In this document: positions 40,517-50,839 of the stretch, piece after piece | How positions within the stretch are numbered: the first letter of the stretch is position 1 | Layout: each line of letters opens with the position of its first letter | Assembly: GCA_963847705.1 (NCBI GenBank) | Contig: CAWKBC010000021.1 | Coordinates: 224,001-288,000, forward strand | Reading direction: 5' to 3' | Origin: an uncultured Pseudomonadota bacterium | GTDB lineage: Bacteria; Myxococcota_A; Polyangia; Fen-1088 | Length of the DNA: 64,000 nucleotides | Notes under the pieces: generated by a model | What the model saw: the letters and a program-made list of their open reading frames with translations, nothing else | Database searches by the model: none | What the model was told of the DNA's origin: nothing | Program-made: the position numbers and the translations under genes

Positions 40517-41668
40517 ATGGAAACCCAGGAAGCAAGCATGAATGAGGCGCGAAGGATGGCTCTCGCCGCAGCACTCGACCTGCACCACTCAGAGATCATC
40601 GGCAATTGGCTGGCGCGCGTGCGCGAAGATGCGGAAAAGGCCGGACAGACCGTCAGCCCATCTGAGTTGCGCGACGGGATCGGCGACTACTTGAGCAATC
40701 TCGCCGAGGCGCTCCGCAACTCGGAGAGCGCAGAAACGAGTGGTACGGACGCCTGGAAGCGCGTCGCAAAAGAGCATGCCGTGACGCGTGTTCGTTTGGG
40801 ATTCGACATCGGTCACTTGGTTTACGAGTTCGTGACCCTGAGGCAGGTGGCTCAGCAGATCGCGATCGATTCCTCGGACGGCCTGCAGCTCGTCATGTTG
40901 GCAGATCTCGTCGACGCGGCGATCGCGACCTCCGTCAAGAGTTACGTCGAGTCACGAGACTACAGAACACGACAGCAGGAGGAAGAGCATGTCGGCTTCC
41001 TCACCCACGAGCTGCGCAATCCGCTGACGACGGCCAGCCTGGCCGCCTCGCAGCTGCGCAAAGATCCGGGGCTCACGCCACGGTCCTTGCGGATCCTCGA
41101 CCTTCTCGACCACGGGCTCGGTCGTATCAAGGCGCTCATCGAACAGGCCCTCTTCGCCGGCAAGCTCGCGGCCGGTCAGGCCCAACCGGTGCTCGAGGAC
41201 CTGCGCGCGGTCGACGTCATCGAAGAGGCATTGACCGCCGCGCGGGCTGAGGCCCGGCGCAAGGGCCTCGCGTTCGAGGTCTCTGTCGATCGCGCGGTGG
41301 TCGTCAAGGCCGATGCGAAATTGATGGTCTCCGCGATTCAAAACTTGGCAGACAACGCCGTCAAATATACCGATCATGGGAGGGTCGAGGTCACTCTCGA
41401 AGGTCGAGAAGGGCAGGCCGTCATTGACGTGCGGGACAATTGTCCTGGGATCTCTGATGCCGAGCTGGAAAGGATCTTCGAACCCTATGAACGCGGCAGC
41501 TCGGGAAAGCCGGGAACGGGATTGGGCTTGGCGATTGCGCGTCGCGCGATCGCGTCGATCGGTGGAACCATAGGCGCCGAATCCAAGGAGAAGCAGGGCT
41601 GTCATTTTTGGATCACGGTCCCGCTCGGCGCTGGCCATTCAGGCTTTCAAGCTACGAAAGGGGGATAG
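40517..41668 (+). CDS. Histidine kinase with RsbRD-N-like sensor domain
   Basis: EHAVTRVRLGFDI..LVYEF; LTHELRNPL; NAVKYT; GTGLGL. Confidence 0.88.
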   Translation: METQEASMNEARRMALAAALDLHHSEIIGNWLARVREDAEKAGQTVSPSELRDGIGDYLSNLAEALRNSESAETSGTDAWKRVAKEHAVTRVRLGFDIGHLVYEFVTLRQVAQQIAIDSSDGLQLVMLADLVDAAIATSVKSYVESRDYRTRQQEEEHVGFLTHELRNPLTTASLAASQLRKDPGLTPRSLRILDLLDHGLGRIKALIEQALFAGKLAAGQAQPVLEDLRAVDVIEEALTAARAEARRKGLAFEVSVDRAVVVKADAKLMVSAIQNLADNAVKYTDHGRVEVTLEGREGQAVIDVRDNCPGISDAELERIFEPYERGSSGKPGTGLGLAIARRAIASIGGTIGAESKEKQGCHFWITVPLGAGHSGFQATKGG

Positions 41669-42079
41669 GTGGCGAAGATTTTTGTCATCAACGACGAGCC
41701 CGACTTGGTCGATATCGTCGCCATGGTGTTGCAGGCCGCAGGGCACGAGGCGAGAGTGTGCACCGAAGGGCTGAAAGCGCCCGAGATTGCGCGCCGCTAC
41801 TGCCCGGAGCTCATTCTTCTGGACTGGAAGCTTCGCGAAACCGACGGCGGTCGCGTCCTTTCCAGATTGCGGGCGGACGAGATGACTCGGTCTATCCCAG
41901 TCATCATCATGTCGGCCTCCCAAGAGGGGCCGATGCGCGCCCGAGAGGCTGGCGCCGACGCGTTCTTGCCGAAGCCCTTTGCTGCGGAGAGGTTGGTCGA
42001 TGTCGTCGCCGAAGTGCTGAAGGGATCGTCCAATGACGCCCGTTGCCATGCTTCCGAATCGACACGCTCGAGCTCCTGA
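41669..42079 (+). CDS. Single-domain response regulator
   Basis: VINDE, LLDW, IMSA, LPKPF; directly follows the kinase. Confidence 0.88.
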   Translation: MAKIFVINDEPDLVDIVAMVLQAAGHEARVCTEGLKAPEIARRYCPELILLDWKLRETDGGRVLSRLRADEMTRSIPVIIMSASQEGPMRAREAGADAFLPKPFAAERLVDVVAEVLKGSSNDARCHASESTRSSS

Positions 42080-42174
42080 CAACTCAGGGCTGAAAGAGGC
42101 GTCTGGCTGCGCCAGGTGAAACGCGCGGCGACGACGGATATTCGTGACAAAAGTTCGGTTGGAGGTCGCCTACG

Positions 42175-42312
42175 ATGCTGTTGACGCTGGCGGTGCTGCT
42201 CGTCGGCTCAAGCGCGATCTTCACGCCGGCGTCGGCGGTGGACGATTGGCTGTTGGAGGCGGCGCCGGGGCAGACTTTGCGGTCGACGACGACGTCCGGA
42301 TCGCCAACGTGA
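42175..42312 (+). CDS. Putative 45-aa secreted peptide (below ORF-track cutoff)
   Basis: GGAGG at 42161; MLLTLAVLLVGSSAIFTPASA-VDDWLLEAAPGQTLRSTTTSGSPT; GC-rich third positions. Confidence 0.35.
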   Translation: MLLTLAVLLVGSSAIFTPASAVDDWLLEAAPGQTLRSTTTSGSPT

Positions 42313-42840
42313 GCCGTGAGGGCCTGTCGAGCGCCGATGTGACCTGCGAAAGTTCCCGGGATACCTGAACGGATCGGTGGGGAGCGAGTGGGTGACGATG
42401 AAGAGCGAGGCGAACCGACTGGATGGGCACATCGGCGACAGCCGGGTCGGCCTCGACGTCGTTCGCTCCGGCGACGAGCTGCGAATCATGGGGAGGTTAG
42501 GCGCTCGGGCTGTAACGCTGGAGGTTCGATCGAGCGGCATCGATGGGCCCTTCGCGCGACCCGCACGCTCGGACGGCGGGCGGGAACCTGGATGCTGGCG
42601 GACGCCTGGCGCGGAAGGCTCATGCTTATGGCGCGGCTCTGAGTCTCGTCGACGCCGTTCTCTGGTGACGAGCGGCCCGCCGAGCCGGCCGTCCAGAGCC
42701 CGGCCAGCGCGCCCGATCGCTTTGCTCGATTGTCTTTGGGGCGATCCCCGAGTCCGCTCTCGTGACCAGACGTTACATTCTATGAAGGCCGGACCATGGG
42801 CTCTTTCGCGCATGGTTCGGCCTCGAAGGAAGGGAGAGTG

Positions 42841-43176
42841 ATGGATTCGAAAGCAGCTCGATGGATCAATTTGGCCGTAGGGGCCTGGCTATTCATCTCG
42901 GCGTTTCTCTGGTCCCACACGTCGGCGCAATACACGAACAGCTGGCTCATGGGCGTCGTCACCGTCGTGATCGCGTTGAGTGCGGTCGGGGCGCCGGGGG
43001 TCCGGTTTCTCAACACGGCGGCCGGTGTCTGGCTCGTCATCTCGGCATTTGTGCTGCCGACCATGTCGATGGCCACGCGTTGGAACAACTTCATCGTGGG
43101 GGTCGTGATTGGCATCCTGTCGCTGGCCGGCGCCTCGTCCAACGTCACCCCGGTGCGGCGCGCGCGCACGGCCTGA
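42841..43176 (+). CDS. SPW-repeat membrane protein
   Basis: Two repeats: NLAVGAWLFISAF and NTAAGVWLVISAF; WNNFIVG. Confidence 0.85.
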   Translation: MDSKAARWINLAVGAWLFISAFLWSHTSAQYTNSWLMGVVTVVIALSAVGAPGVRFLNTAAGVWLVISAFVLPTMSMATRWNNFIVGVVIGILSLAGASSNVTPVRRARTA

Positions 43177-43184
43177 GCAGATCC

Positions 43185-43739
43185 ATGTGGAAGATCCAGG
43201 CGGGACGTGTGCTGCTGCTCGCGTTAGTTACCACCGTGCCGGCAAGCACCGGGTACGCCGCGGCGCCCGGTGGTCACAGTGGCGGCGCGGGCACGGGCGG
43301 TGGTGCGGGCGAGGCCGCCTGCGCAGTCGAGGTCCCTGCGGCACAGTTGACCGTGACGGACCTGCGCGCTGGGGTTCTGCTCAGCTACACGACGCAGCCG
43401 AACCTGGTCGGCGCCGTGCAGCGATTGGTGCGCAACTTCGCCGACCGGCAGAACGGCGGCTCGCCCGTCGGGCAGCAATTCGGCGATCCCCGACTCCAGG
43501 GGGGCGTCGTCGGCGCGCCACCCGGGACGGATGTTCTGGTCCCCGGCGCCCACGCGGAAGTTGCGAACACGGTCACCGGCGCTCGGTTGACCCTGGGGCC
43601 TGTCGCGCCCCCGATCCGGCGGCTGCTTCGCGCGGCGGCGGAGGAACAGGGGCGGCTCGAGAGGCGGCGACCTTGTCCGCCGGACCTGCGCCTCACGCCG
43701 GCGCCGCCTGGCGCCTCGGACGTGCCACGCCCGGGGTGA
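43185..43739 (+). CDS. Secreted hypothetical protein
   Basis: Signal-like N-terminus, short Gly linker, ACAVEVP...GARLTL; follows the SPW gene by 8 bp. Confidence 0.55.
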   Translation: MWKIQAGRVLLLALVTTVPASTGYAAAPGGHSGGAGTGGGAGEAACAVEVPAAQLTVTDLRAGVLLSYTTQPNLVGAVQRLVRNFADRQNGGSPVGQQFGDPRLQGGVVGAPPGTDVLVPGAHAEVANTVTGARLTLGPVAPPIRRLLRAAAEEQGRLERRRPCPPDLRLTPAPPGASDVPRPG

Positions 43740-43761
43740 TGTTCGTTTCGGTCCCCGACGG

Positions 43762-44943
43762 TTACCAGGATTCGTACCGGACCGCCTCGCCGAAACGCGG
43801 ATCGAACGCGGGCGCCAGCAACCGGCCGCGCTGGACCCGAAGCGCCAGAGCCAGCGAGAGCCCCGCGACGGCGAGGACCGCCACCGGATCCCACCAGTCG
43901 AAGATGGTGGCCGGGTTCCGCTCCGGCGCGATGAGCCAGTGGACCTCGAAGTACTGCGCGATCAGGAGATAGGTCGCCATGAAGGCGAGCAGCCCGCGGC
44001 TGCGTTTCACCACGTACGTAATGAGGGCCAGGAAGGGGAAGCCGAAGTGGCCGAAGATCGTGAACAGACTGGCCGCCCGGAACGGTCCGACCGAGCGCAG
44101 CACGAACCACCGAACCTCGCTCGGCTTGTTGGCCATCCAGGTGATGAAATAGTTGAAGTAAGCGGTGTAGGCCCAGAGCACCAGAAAGGTGAACATCACG
44201 CGCCCGAGCGCGTAGTAATGAGAGACGCTGAGTGGAACGCCGCCGCGCCGCTCGTTCCAGGCCGCGGCCACGGTCAGCACCGCGATCCCGCCCAGCAGCG
44301 AAAGCGCCATGAAGTAGTAGCCGAAGATGTACGAAACCCACTCCGGCGCCAGGGACATGATCCAATCGGTGCCGGCGCCGGTCAGCGTGAGCGCCATGAT
44401 CGGCGCCATCAACGCCGAGAGGGCGCGGAGCCGCGGCCGGAGGTTCGGGTGGGGCGCCTGGTCCGTCGCCAGGGACCAATGCCGAAGCATCAGCGCGAAG
44501 ATCGACCAGAGCGCGAGGTAGAAGATCGTGCGCAGCACGAAGAAGGTCGGGTTCAGGTAGGGGAGCTTGTGCACGAGGATCTTGTGCACCGCGGGATCGC
44601 GGATGTCCGCGACGTGCACCCAGGGGTAAAGGTGCCCCAGGCCGAGCAGGATGGGCACGAACAGCAGGCCGAGAAGCGGCATGACCGGCATCCCTGCCTC
44701 CGCGAGCCGTCGCACCACCGTGGGCCACCCGGCGTTCATCGCGTGAAAGATGACCAGCATCCCCATCAGCCCGATGATCACGGTCATCACGTAGATGACG
44801 GCGATCAGCCACGCGAAGAGTGTGCGCGTCGGGCTGAGCCAGAACCCGAAGGCGCTGGCGATCAAGGCCGCGACGCCCACGGCCAGCGCGATCCGCATGA
44901 GGCCCCCGCTGCGGTACGACAGGAATGCCGGCGCCGGTGTCAT
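43762..44943 (-). CDS. actF: Alternative complex III subunit ActF
   Basis: [38 protein letters not shown]......ITWMAN.PSE. Confidence 0.9.
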   Translation of the reverse strand: MTPAPAFLSYRSGGLMRIALAVGVAALIASAFGFWLSPTRTLFAWLIAVIYVMTVIIGLMGMLVIFHAMNAGWPTVVRRLAEAGMPVMPLLGLLFVPILLGLGHLYPWVHVADIRDPAVHKILVHKLPYLNPTFFVLRTIFYLALWSIFALMLRHWSLATDQAPHPNLRPRLRALSALMAPIMALTLTGAGTDWIMSLAPEWVSYIFGYYFMALSLLGGIAVLTVAAAWNERRGGVPLSVSHYYALGRVMFTFLVLWAYTAYFNYFITWMANKPSEVRWFVLRSVGPFRAASLFTIFGHFGFPFLALITYVVKRSRGLLAFMATYLLIAQYFEVHWLIAPERNPATIFDWWDPVAVLAVAGLSLALALRVQRGRLLAPAFDPRFGEAVRYESW

Positions 44944-46331
44944 GCGACCGCCTCCTCCTTTTTCTCGTTGTGCTGCTGCTTCTCCTTTTGCTTCTCCTTC
45001 TGCATCTCGTGCGCCAGCTCCATCACCTCCGCGGTCGGAATGAAGGGGACGAACCGCACGAACAGGAGGAACAGCAAGCTGAAGAAGCCGATCGTGCCGA
45101 CGAAGATGCTCCAGTCGACCCAGGTCGGCGCGTAGTAGTACCAATCGGACGGCAGAAAATCGCGCTGCAAGGAGTCTGCGATGATCATGAAGCGCTCGGC
45201 CCACATGCCGACGAGCGCGAAGACCGAAAGAACCCAGGCGAGAAGATCGTTGCGGCGGATCCGGCTGAACCAGAAGAACTGCGGCACCACCATGTTGCAG
45301 AACAGCGCGGTCCAGACCACCGGCGCGCCGGGGCCAAAAAGATACTGATGCCAGAACATGTACTGCTCGGAATAGTCACCGCCGTACCAGGCGTAGAACC
45401 ACTCGGCCAGGTACGAGTAGGTGACGACCCACCCCGTCACGAGGAGCATCTTGCCCATCACGTCGATGTGCTGCGTGGTGACGACGTTCTGCATGCCGAA
45501 GACGCGGCGGATCGGGACGATCAAGATGATCACCATCGCAAAGCCCGAGTAGATGGCGCCGCCTACGAAGTAGGGCGGGAAGATCGTCTCGTGCCAGCCG
45601 GGGACCAGCGAAATGGCGTAGTCGGTCGACACCACGCTGTGCACCGAGATTACGAGGGGGGTCGCGAGCCCGCCGAGCAGACCGTACGTAACGCGGTACC
45701 GCCGCCAGTGCTGGACCGAGCCGCGCCAGCCGAGGGCGAAGACGCCGTAGACGTACTGGCGCAAGCGGCCGGGCGCGCGATCGCGCAGCGCCGCCAGATC
45801 GGGCACGAGCCCGAGGTACCAGAACAGCAGCGAGACGGTCGCATAAGTGAAGACGGCGGCGGCGTCCCAGGGCAGTGCGCTCTTGAAGTTCGGCCAGACG
45901 TGCATGGTGGCCGGATAGGGGACCAACCAGTAGGCGAACCAGGGGCGCCCGAGATGGAGCAACGGAAACAGACCCGCCTGCGCCACCGCGAAGAGCGTCA
46001 TGGCCTCGGCCACCCGGTTGATCGAGGTGCGCCAGCGTTGCTCGAGGAGCAGCAGGATGGCGGAGATGAACGTGCCGGCGTGCCCGATCCCGATCCACCA
46101 GACGAAGTTGATGATCGGGAAGGCCCAGGCGACCGGGATGTTGTTTCCCCAGACGCCCGTCCCACGCCAGACGCTGTACGTGATCGCGAAGATCGCCAGC
46201 AGCGTGCCGAGGCCGCTCAGCGCCAGGCCCAAGAGGAACATCCGGCCGCGCGGGGTCCACATCGGCGAGAGCAGCTGCTCGTGCAGTTTCGGGGGCGACA
46301 GGTCGCCGGTGATGACGGGTGTCTCGGTCAT
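44940..46331 (-). CDS. actC: Alternative complex III subunit ActC (NrfD/PsrC family)
   Basis: [54 protein letters not shown]. Confidence 0.95.
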   Translation of the reverse strand: MTETPVITGDLSPPKLHEQLLSPMWTPRGRMFLLGLALSGLGTLLAIFAITYSVWRGTGVWGNNIPVAWAFPIINFVWWIGIGHAGTFISAILLLLEQRWRTSINRVAEAMTLFAVAQAGLFPLLHLGRPWFAYWLVPYPATMHVWPNFKSALPWDAAAVFTYATVSLLFWYLGLVPDLAALRDRAPGRLRQYVYGVFALGWRGSVQHWRRYRVTYGLLGGLATPLVISVHSVVSTDYAISLVPGWHETIFPPYFVGGAIYSGFAMVIILIVPIRRVFGMQNVVTTQHIDVMGKMLLVTGWVVTYSYLAEWFYAWYGGDYSEQYMFWHQYLFGPGAPVVWTALFCNMVVPQFFWFSRIRRNDLLAWVLSVFALVGMWAERFMIIADSLQRDFLPSDWYYYAPTWVDWSIFVGTIGFFSLLFLLFVRFVPFIPTAEVMELAHEMQKEKQKEKQQHNEKKEEAVA

Positions 46332-46404
46332 GGTTCGACGCCTCTCATCTGCGCACGTCGCACTGGTGCGCAATCGGGAACAGATCGGGTAAACCGCCGG
46401 TCAT

Positions 46405-46788
46405 TCACAACTCGTCCGGCGCGCGCGTCGCATCGATCGGTCCTTGGAAAATGACCAGCCCCGCGGCGCCCAGGCAGAGCCACGCGAAGGTGAAGATCCA
46501 CCAGGCGAACCACGGCGTGCCGTGATGGAAGACGGCTATCAGCCACAGCGCGAACAGCAGCAGCGTCAGCCCGAGCAGGCAAGCGCCAGCCAGCGGCGCA
46601 GAGCGCCGCGCAGGGATGAGGCCGACCACCGACACCACGCCCAGCGCCACTCCGCCCTCCAACCAGAGCAACCAGGCCGTGGCGTCCTCCGTCCGAGCGA
46701 TGACCCAGAGCACCACCAGACCCACCCCGACGAATCCGACAACCGGCCGACTCACCGCCGCTCTCCTGGTCTCGATCCCGTGAGGCAT
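46405..46788 (-). CDS. Small 4-TM hypothetical membrane protein inside the ACIII-oxidase operon
   Basis: Four hydrophobic spans with two similar Trp-rich halves; lies between oxidase subunit IV and actC. Confidence 0.7.
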   Translation of the reverse strand: MPHGIETRRAAVSRPVVGFVGVGLVVLWVIARTEDATAWLLWLEGGVALGVVSVVGLIPARRSAPLAGACLLGLTLLLFALWLIAVFHHGTPWFAWWIFTFAWLCLGAAGLVIFQGPIDATRAPDEL

Positions 46789-46797
46789 CGCATGTCG

Positions 46798-47145
46798 TTA
46801 CCGTTCGTAGAACCCGAAGCTGGGCCCCGGGTGCGGGGCCGGCGGCTGGACGTGGCGGGTGGCGACGTCGGCGACGACCAGCAGTAAAAGGGTGAGCAGC
46901 AAGGAGACCCCGACGCCCAGGCCCAGGCGAACCTGAAACTCGGCCTCGCAGAGATGCATGAAGACCCACATGACGATGCCCGCTTGGATGAGCGCGACGG
47001 TCAGATCGATCACCAGGTCCCAGTGCAGCCAGTGGACGGCGCGGGCGAAGACCAGCGAAAGTCCAGCCAGCGCCAGCAGCGCCACATAGGCAAGCAGATA
47101 GCGGGCGGGCAGCAAGGGGGGGGCGGTCGTGGGCTTCGCGATCAT
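46798..47145 (-). CDS. ctaF: Cytochrome c oxidase subunit IV
   Basis: Three TMs, VALIQAGIVMWVFMHL motif, terminal D..TR. Confidence 0.82.
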   Translation of the reverse strand: MIAKPTTAPPLLPARYLLAYVALLALAGLSLVFARAVHWLHWDLVIDLTVALIQAGIVMWVFMHLCEAEFQVRLGLGVGVSLLLTLLLLVVADVATRHVQPPAPHPGPSFGFYER

Positions 47146-47149
47146 TGGG

Positions 47150-47779
47150 TCAGCTCAGATAGAGGATCGGCCAGAGGAAGATCCACATCAGATCGATGAG
47201 CGACCAGTAGAGGGTCCCCATCTCCAGCTTGACGTGATACTGGGACGTGTAGCGCCCCTGAAACGCGCGCACCGCCATCCAGGAGACCACCACGATGCCT
47301 CCGGTCAGGTGAAGCGCGTGGAACCCGGTCAGACCCCAGTACATCGTGAAGAACCGATTGCCGCCGAAGGTCGGCAGGTCGCGGTCGTGGTACCAAGGGC
47401 CGGGCAGCGAGCCTTCGTAGAAGTGCTGGCGGTACTCCAGGAGCTTGATCGCCAGGAAGGTCAGCCCCAGCGCCGCGGTCGCCGAGAGCATGGCGCCCGT
47501 GAACCTACGCCGGTCGGTGCGCGCGCCGTGGAGGGCCAGCGCGGCTGTCAGACCGCTGGTGAGGAGAACGAACAGGTTCGTCGTCCCGTAGGCGAACGTG
47601 TTGTGCAGGATGCCCGCCTTGAAGTCGGAGGGGAACATCGTCCGGTACGCGGCGTAGAGCGTGAACAGCGCGGCGAACAACAAGATCTCGCTGATCAGGA
47701 AGACCCACATCCCGAACCGCAGGGCGGTGGCCTGGTGTTCGAGATCGGCGAACTGCTCACCGAGCGCTGGCTCTTGCAC
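47150..47779 (-). CDS. ctaE: Cytochrome c oxidase subunit III
   Basis: GMWVFLISEILLF, TNLFVLLTSG, TGFHALH, LYWSLID.MW. Confidence 0.93.
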   Translation of the reverse strand: MQEPALGEQFADLEHQATALRFGMWVFLISEILLFAALFTLYAAYRTMFPSDFKAGILHNTFAYGTTNLFVLLTSGLTAALALHGARTDRRRFTGAMLSATAALGLTFLAIKLLEYRQHFYEGSLPGPWYHDRDLPTFGGNRFFTMYWGLTGFHALHLTGGIVVVSWMAVRAFQGRYTSQYHVKLEMGTLYWSLIDLMWIFLWPILYLS

Positions 47780-49409
47780 GGGCCTCCTCCTCGGTGAGGG
47801 TGTAGTCGTACGGCGAGAAATCGAGCCGCGGCGTTACCGAGAAGTTGTGCTTGGGCGGCGGCGAGCTGGTGAGCCACTCGAACCCGCGCGAATGCCAAGG
47901 GTTGGGCGGCGCCTTCCGTCCCCACTTGAGCGCCACGACCAGGTTGCCGAGCGCGATCAGGACGGCGCCGCCCAGCAGCCAGGCGCCGCCCGTCGAGAGT
48001 ACGTGAAGAAACTGAAACCGGGGCGGGTAGGAGTAATACCGACGAGGCATCCCCATGTTTCCCAGCAGAAACTGCGGGAAAAAGGTGAGGACGAACCCCA
48101 TGAACACGGCGACGGCCGCCAGAGTTCCCACCCGCTCGTTGTAGAGGCGGCCGAACATTTTGGGGAACCAGTAGTGCGCGGCCGCCAGGAACGCCGTCAC
48201 GCTGCCGCCGACCATGATGAAATGGAAGTGCGCGACGACGAAGTACGTGTCGGTCCAGTGGACGTCGAGCGATTGCGTGGCCAGCGCCACGCCGGTCATC
48301 CCCCCGAAGACGAACAGGAAGAGGAATCCGAAAAAATAGATCAGCGGAGTCTTCACGACGATCTGGCCGCGGTAGAGGGTGCCGGTCCAGGTGAAGACCT
48401 TGATGGCCGAAAAGATGGCCACGAACATCGACATGATGCCGAAGACGCCGGCGTCGAACGTCGACATCCCGGAGACGAACATGTGGTGGCCCCAGGTGAG
48501 AAACCCGACGAAGGCGATCCCCAGCGTCGAGACCGCGATGGCCGTATAGGACGACAGCTGTCGGTGCGCGAAGGTCGGCACGATCTCGCTGATCACGCCC
48601 ATCCCCGGCAGGATCATGATGTAGACGGCCGGGTGCGAGTAGAACCAGAAGATGTGCTGGAACAGCACCGGATCGCCGCCGACCGCCGGATCGAAGATCC
48701 CCAGCCTGAGAGCGTGATCGAGCCCGACCAGCGCCAGCGCCATCCCCAGCACCGGCGTCGCCAGGACCATGATGACGCTGGTGGCGTAGATGGTCCAGAC
48801 GAACAGCGGCATGTTGCGCCAGCGCAGGCCGCGCGCCCGCATGAGGTGAGTGGTCGCGATGAAGTTGATCCCGCTGAAGATGGACGACATGCCGAGGATG
48901 AAGATCCCGACGACGACCGGAACCAAATCCGTTGGGGTGGTGTCGGCGTACGGTGCGTAAAACGTCCACCCCGTGTCGGTGCCTCCGGCGATCATGCCGC
49001 CGAAGGTGACGACCGCGCCCAGCACGAAGGTGTAAAAGCTCATCAGATTGAGCTTGGGGAAGGCCAGATCCTTGGCGCCCACCTGGAGCGGGAGCAGGAA
49101 GTTGCCGAAGCTGGTCGGGATGCTCGGCACGAGAAAGAGCCAGACCATGGTCACGCCGTGCAGCGTGAACATCCGGTCGTACGTCATGGCATCCATGATC
49201 GTGCGGTTCGGCGTCAGCAGCTCGGTGCGCATCGCGAGCGCGAAGACGCCGCCCAGCAGGAACATGCCCGTGACGGTCACGAGGAACATGACGCCGATTC
49301 GCTTGTGGTCGCGCGTGTTCAGCCAGGACCAGATCCCGCTGTCGGCCTGAAGGTAGCTCGGCTCCTCGACGGGCTCGGCGACGGCGACGGCTTCGGCTGG
49401 CGCGGTCAT
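47757..49409 (-). CDS. ctaD: Cytochrome c oxidase subunit I, A2-type
   Basis: DHKRIG, FTLHG, GWTFYAP, FWFYSHPAVY (YS motif of type A2), WGHHM, VAHFHF. Confidence 0.97.
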   Translation of the reverse strand: MTAPAEAVAVAEPVEEPSYLQADSGIWSWLNTRDHKRIGVMFLVTVTGMFLLGGVFALAMRTELLTPNRTIMDAMTYDRMFTLHGVTMVWLFLVPSIPTSFGNFLLPLQVGAKDLAFPKLNLMSFYTFVLGAVVTFGGMIAGGTDTGWTFYAPYADTTPTDLVPVVVGIFILGMSSIFSGINFIATTHLMRARGLRWRNMPLFVWTIYATSVIMVLATPVLGMALALVGLDHALRLGIFDPAVGGDPVLFQHIFWFYSHPAVYIMILPGMGVISEIVPTFAHRQLSSYTAIAVSTLGIAFVGFLTWGHHMFVSGMSTFDAGVFGIMSMFVAIFSAIKVFTWTGTLYRGQIVVKTPLIYFFGFLFLFVFGGMTGVALATQSLDVHWTDTYFVVAHFHFIMVGGSVTAFLAAAHYWFPKMFGRLYNERVGTLAAVAVFMGFVLTFFPQFLLGNMGMPRRYYSYPPRFQFLHVLSTGGAWLLGGAVLIALGNLVVALKWGRKAPPNPWHSRGFEWLTSSPPPKHNFSVTPRLDFSPYDYTLTEEEARARASAR

Positions 49410-50839
49410 GGGCTGGTCTCCCTCGTGGTCGCCTGGTGGCGTTGCTTCGGAAAGGCGCCAGCGTCCGGCACGTTCGAACGCGGGCCGATCGCCGAGGGCA
49501 CCACGGACCGGGCACCGCTTGGCGCTTCGACTTCAATCCTGCCGGCCGGCAGCGGGTTGGGCTGGAGGCCCGGCGGCGGCAGCCCCTGCTCGAAAGCGGG
49601 CGGCATCGGCTGGTGATCCGGCGCGAGGTGCAGGGGCAGCTCGGGCGAGGGCTGAGATGCGCGCCCGATCGCGCCGGCGGCAGGTGTCGCGGCCCCGGGC
49701 ACAGCCGCGACGGGGAGCGTGGTGCGGCCGGGAACGTCGCGCAGGGACTTGATGAGCTCGATCATCGCGGCGCTCTCCGCCGGCGACAGCAGGCCGTGGT
49801 AGCTGGGCATCACCGGCGCGTACCCGGCGTGGATCTTGGCCAGCGGATCCATCATCGATTCGGTGAGGTAGGCCTCGTCGGCCACCACCGTCTGTCCGGT
49901 CGTGAGCGGGATGCGGGCTCGATAGAGGCCGGCCCAGGTCGGGCCGATGTGCGCCGTCCCGTCCAGGGTATGGCAGCGCAGGCAGCCCTGCTGCGCGGCC
50001 GCCTCCGTCCCGACCCGCACCAAATTGAGCAGTTGCGCAGGGGGGAACTCCTCCTCCGACGCGGGCTCGAGGTCCGGCGAGGTCGCCAGCGGAACCCCTC
50101 CGGCCTGCCCCAGCGGCGCGCCCGGCTGCTCGCCCAGATCGCCGATGTTCTGGCCGCTGTTGTCGGCCGCTAGCCACCGGGCATAGTCGGAAGGGTCGAG
50201 CGCGACGACCTGCCCGCGCATGATCGAGTGCCCGGTCCCGCAATACTCGGCGCAGAGTACCTGGTGCGTGCCCGGCTCGGGGACCTCGAACCAGGCGGTG
50301 GTGTAGCGGCCCGGCAATGCGTCCTGCTTGATACGAAAGTCGGGGACGAAGAAGCTGTGGATGACGTCGCGCGAGGTCAGCAGCAGCTTGATGGGCCGCC
50401 CCGTCGGGACGTAAATCGTGGCGATCGAGCTCTGGCCGTCGGGATAAGAGAACTTCCACATCCACTGCTTGGCGGTGACGTACAGATCTAGGGTGTTCGG
50501 GGGCGGGACGCGGAGGCGGACGTACTGCATGAATCCGATCACCCACCAGAGGCAGAAGAGCCCCAGCAGGCTCGCCCCGAGCAGCAGCTCGAACCAGGCC
50601 GGGGTCGTCGGGGCCGCCTGAGATCGGACCACGAGCTCACCGCGGACGCGGTACTTGAACACCCAGTAGAGGGCCAGCAATGCTACCAACGACGCGCCCG
50701 CCATCGTCGTGCTGATGACGAAGTAGTGGAGGTGATCGATGTCGGCCGCCATCGTCGACGACTGCGGCGGAAGGAAGAGCAGCCGGCGGAACAGCTCGTT
50801 CACCGCTGCCTGGCGGCTGGGACCGGGCGGGGGGCTCAT
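49406..50839 (-). CDS. coxB: Cytochrome c oxidase subunit II with fused cytochrome c (caa3-type)
   Basis: KQWMW, DVIHSF, CAEYCGTGHSIM CuA motif; CLRCH heme c; Pro-rich tail. Confidence 0.95.
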   Translation of the reverse strand: MSPPPGPSRQAAVNELFRRLLFLPPQSSTMAADIDHLHYFVISTTMAGASLVALLALYWVFKYRVRGELVVRSQAAPTTPAWFELLLGASLLGLFCLWWVIGFMQYVRLRVPPPNTLDLYVTAKQWMWKFSYPDGQSSIATIYVPTGRPIKLLLTSRDVIHSFFVPDFRIKQDALPGRYTTAWFEVPEPGTHQVLCAEYCGTGHSIMRGQVVALDPSDYARWLAADNSGQNIGDLGEQPGAPLGQAGGVPLATSPDLEPASEEEFPPAQLLNLVRVGTEAAAQQGCLRCHTLDGTAHIGPTWAGLYRARIPLTTGQTVVADEAYLTESMMDPLAKIHAGYAPVMPSYHGLLSPAESAAMIELIKSLRDVPGRTTLPVAAVPGAATPAAGAIGRASQPSPELPLHLAPDHQPMPPAFEQGLPPPGLQPNPLPAGRIEVEAPSGARSVVPSAIGPRSNVPDAGAFPKQRHQATTRETSP

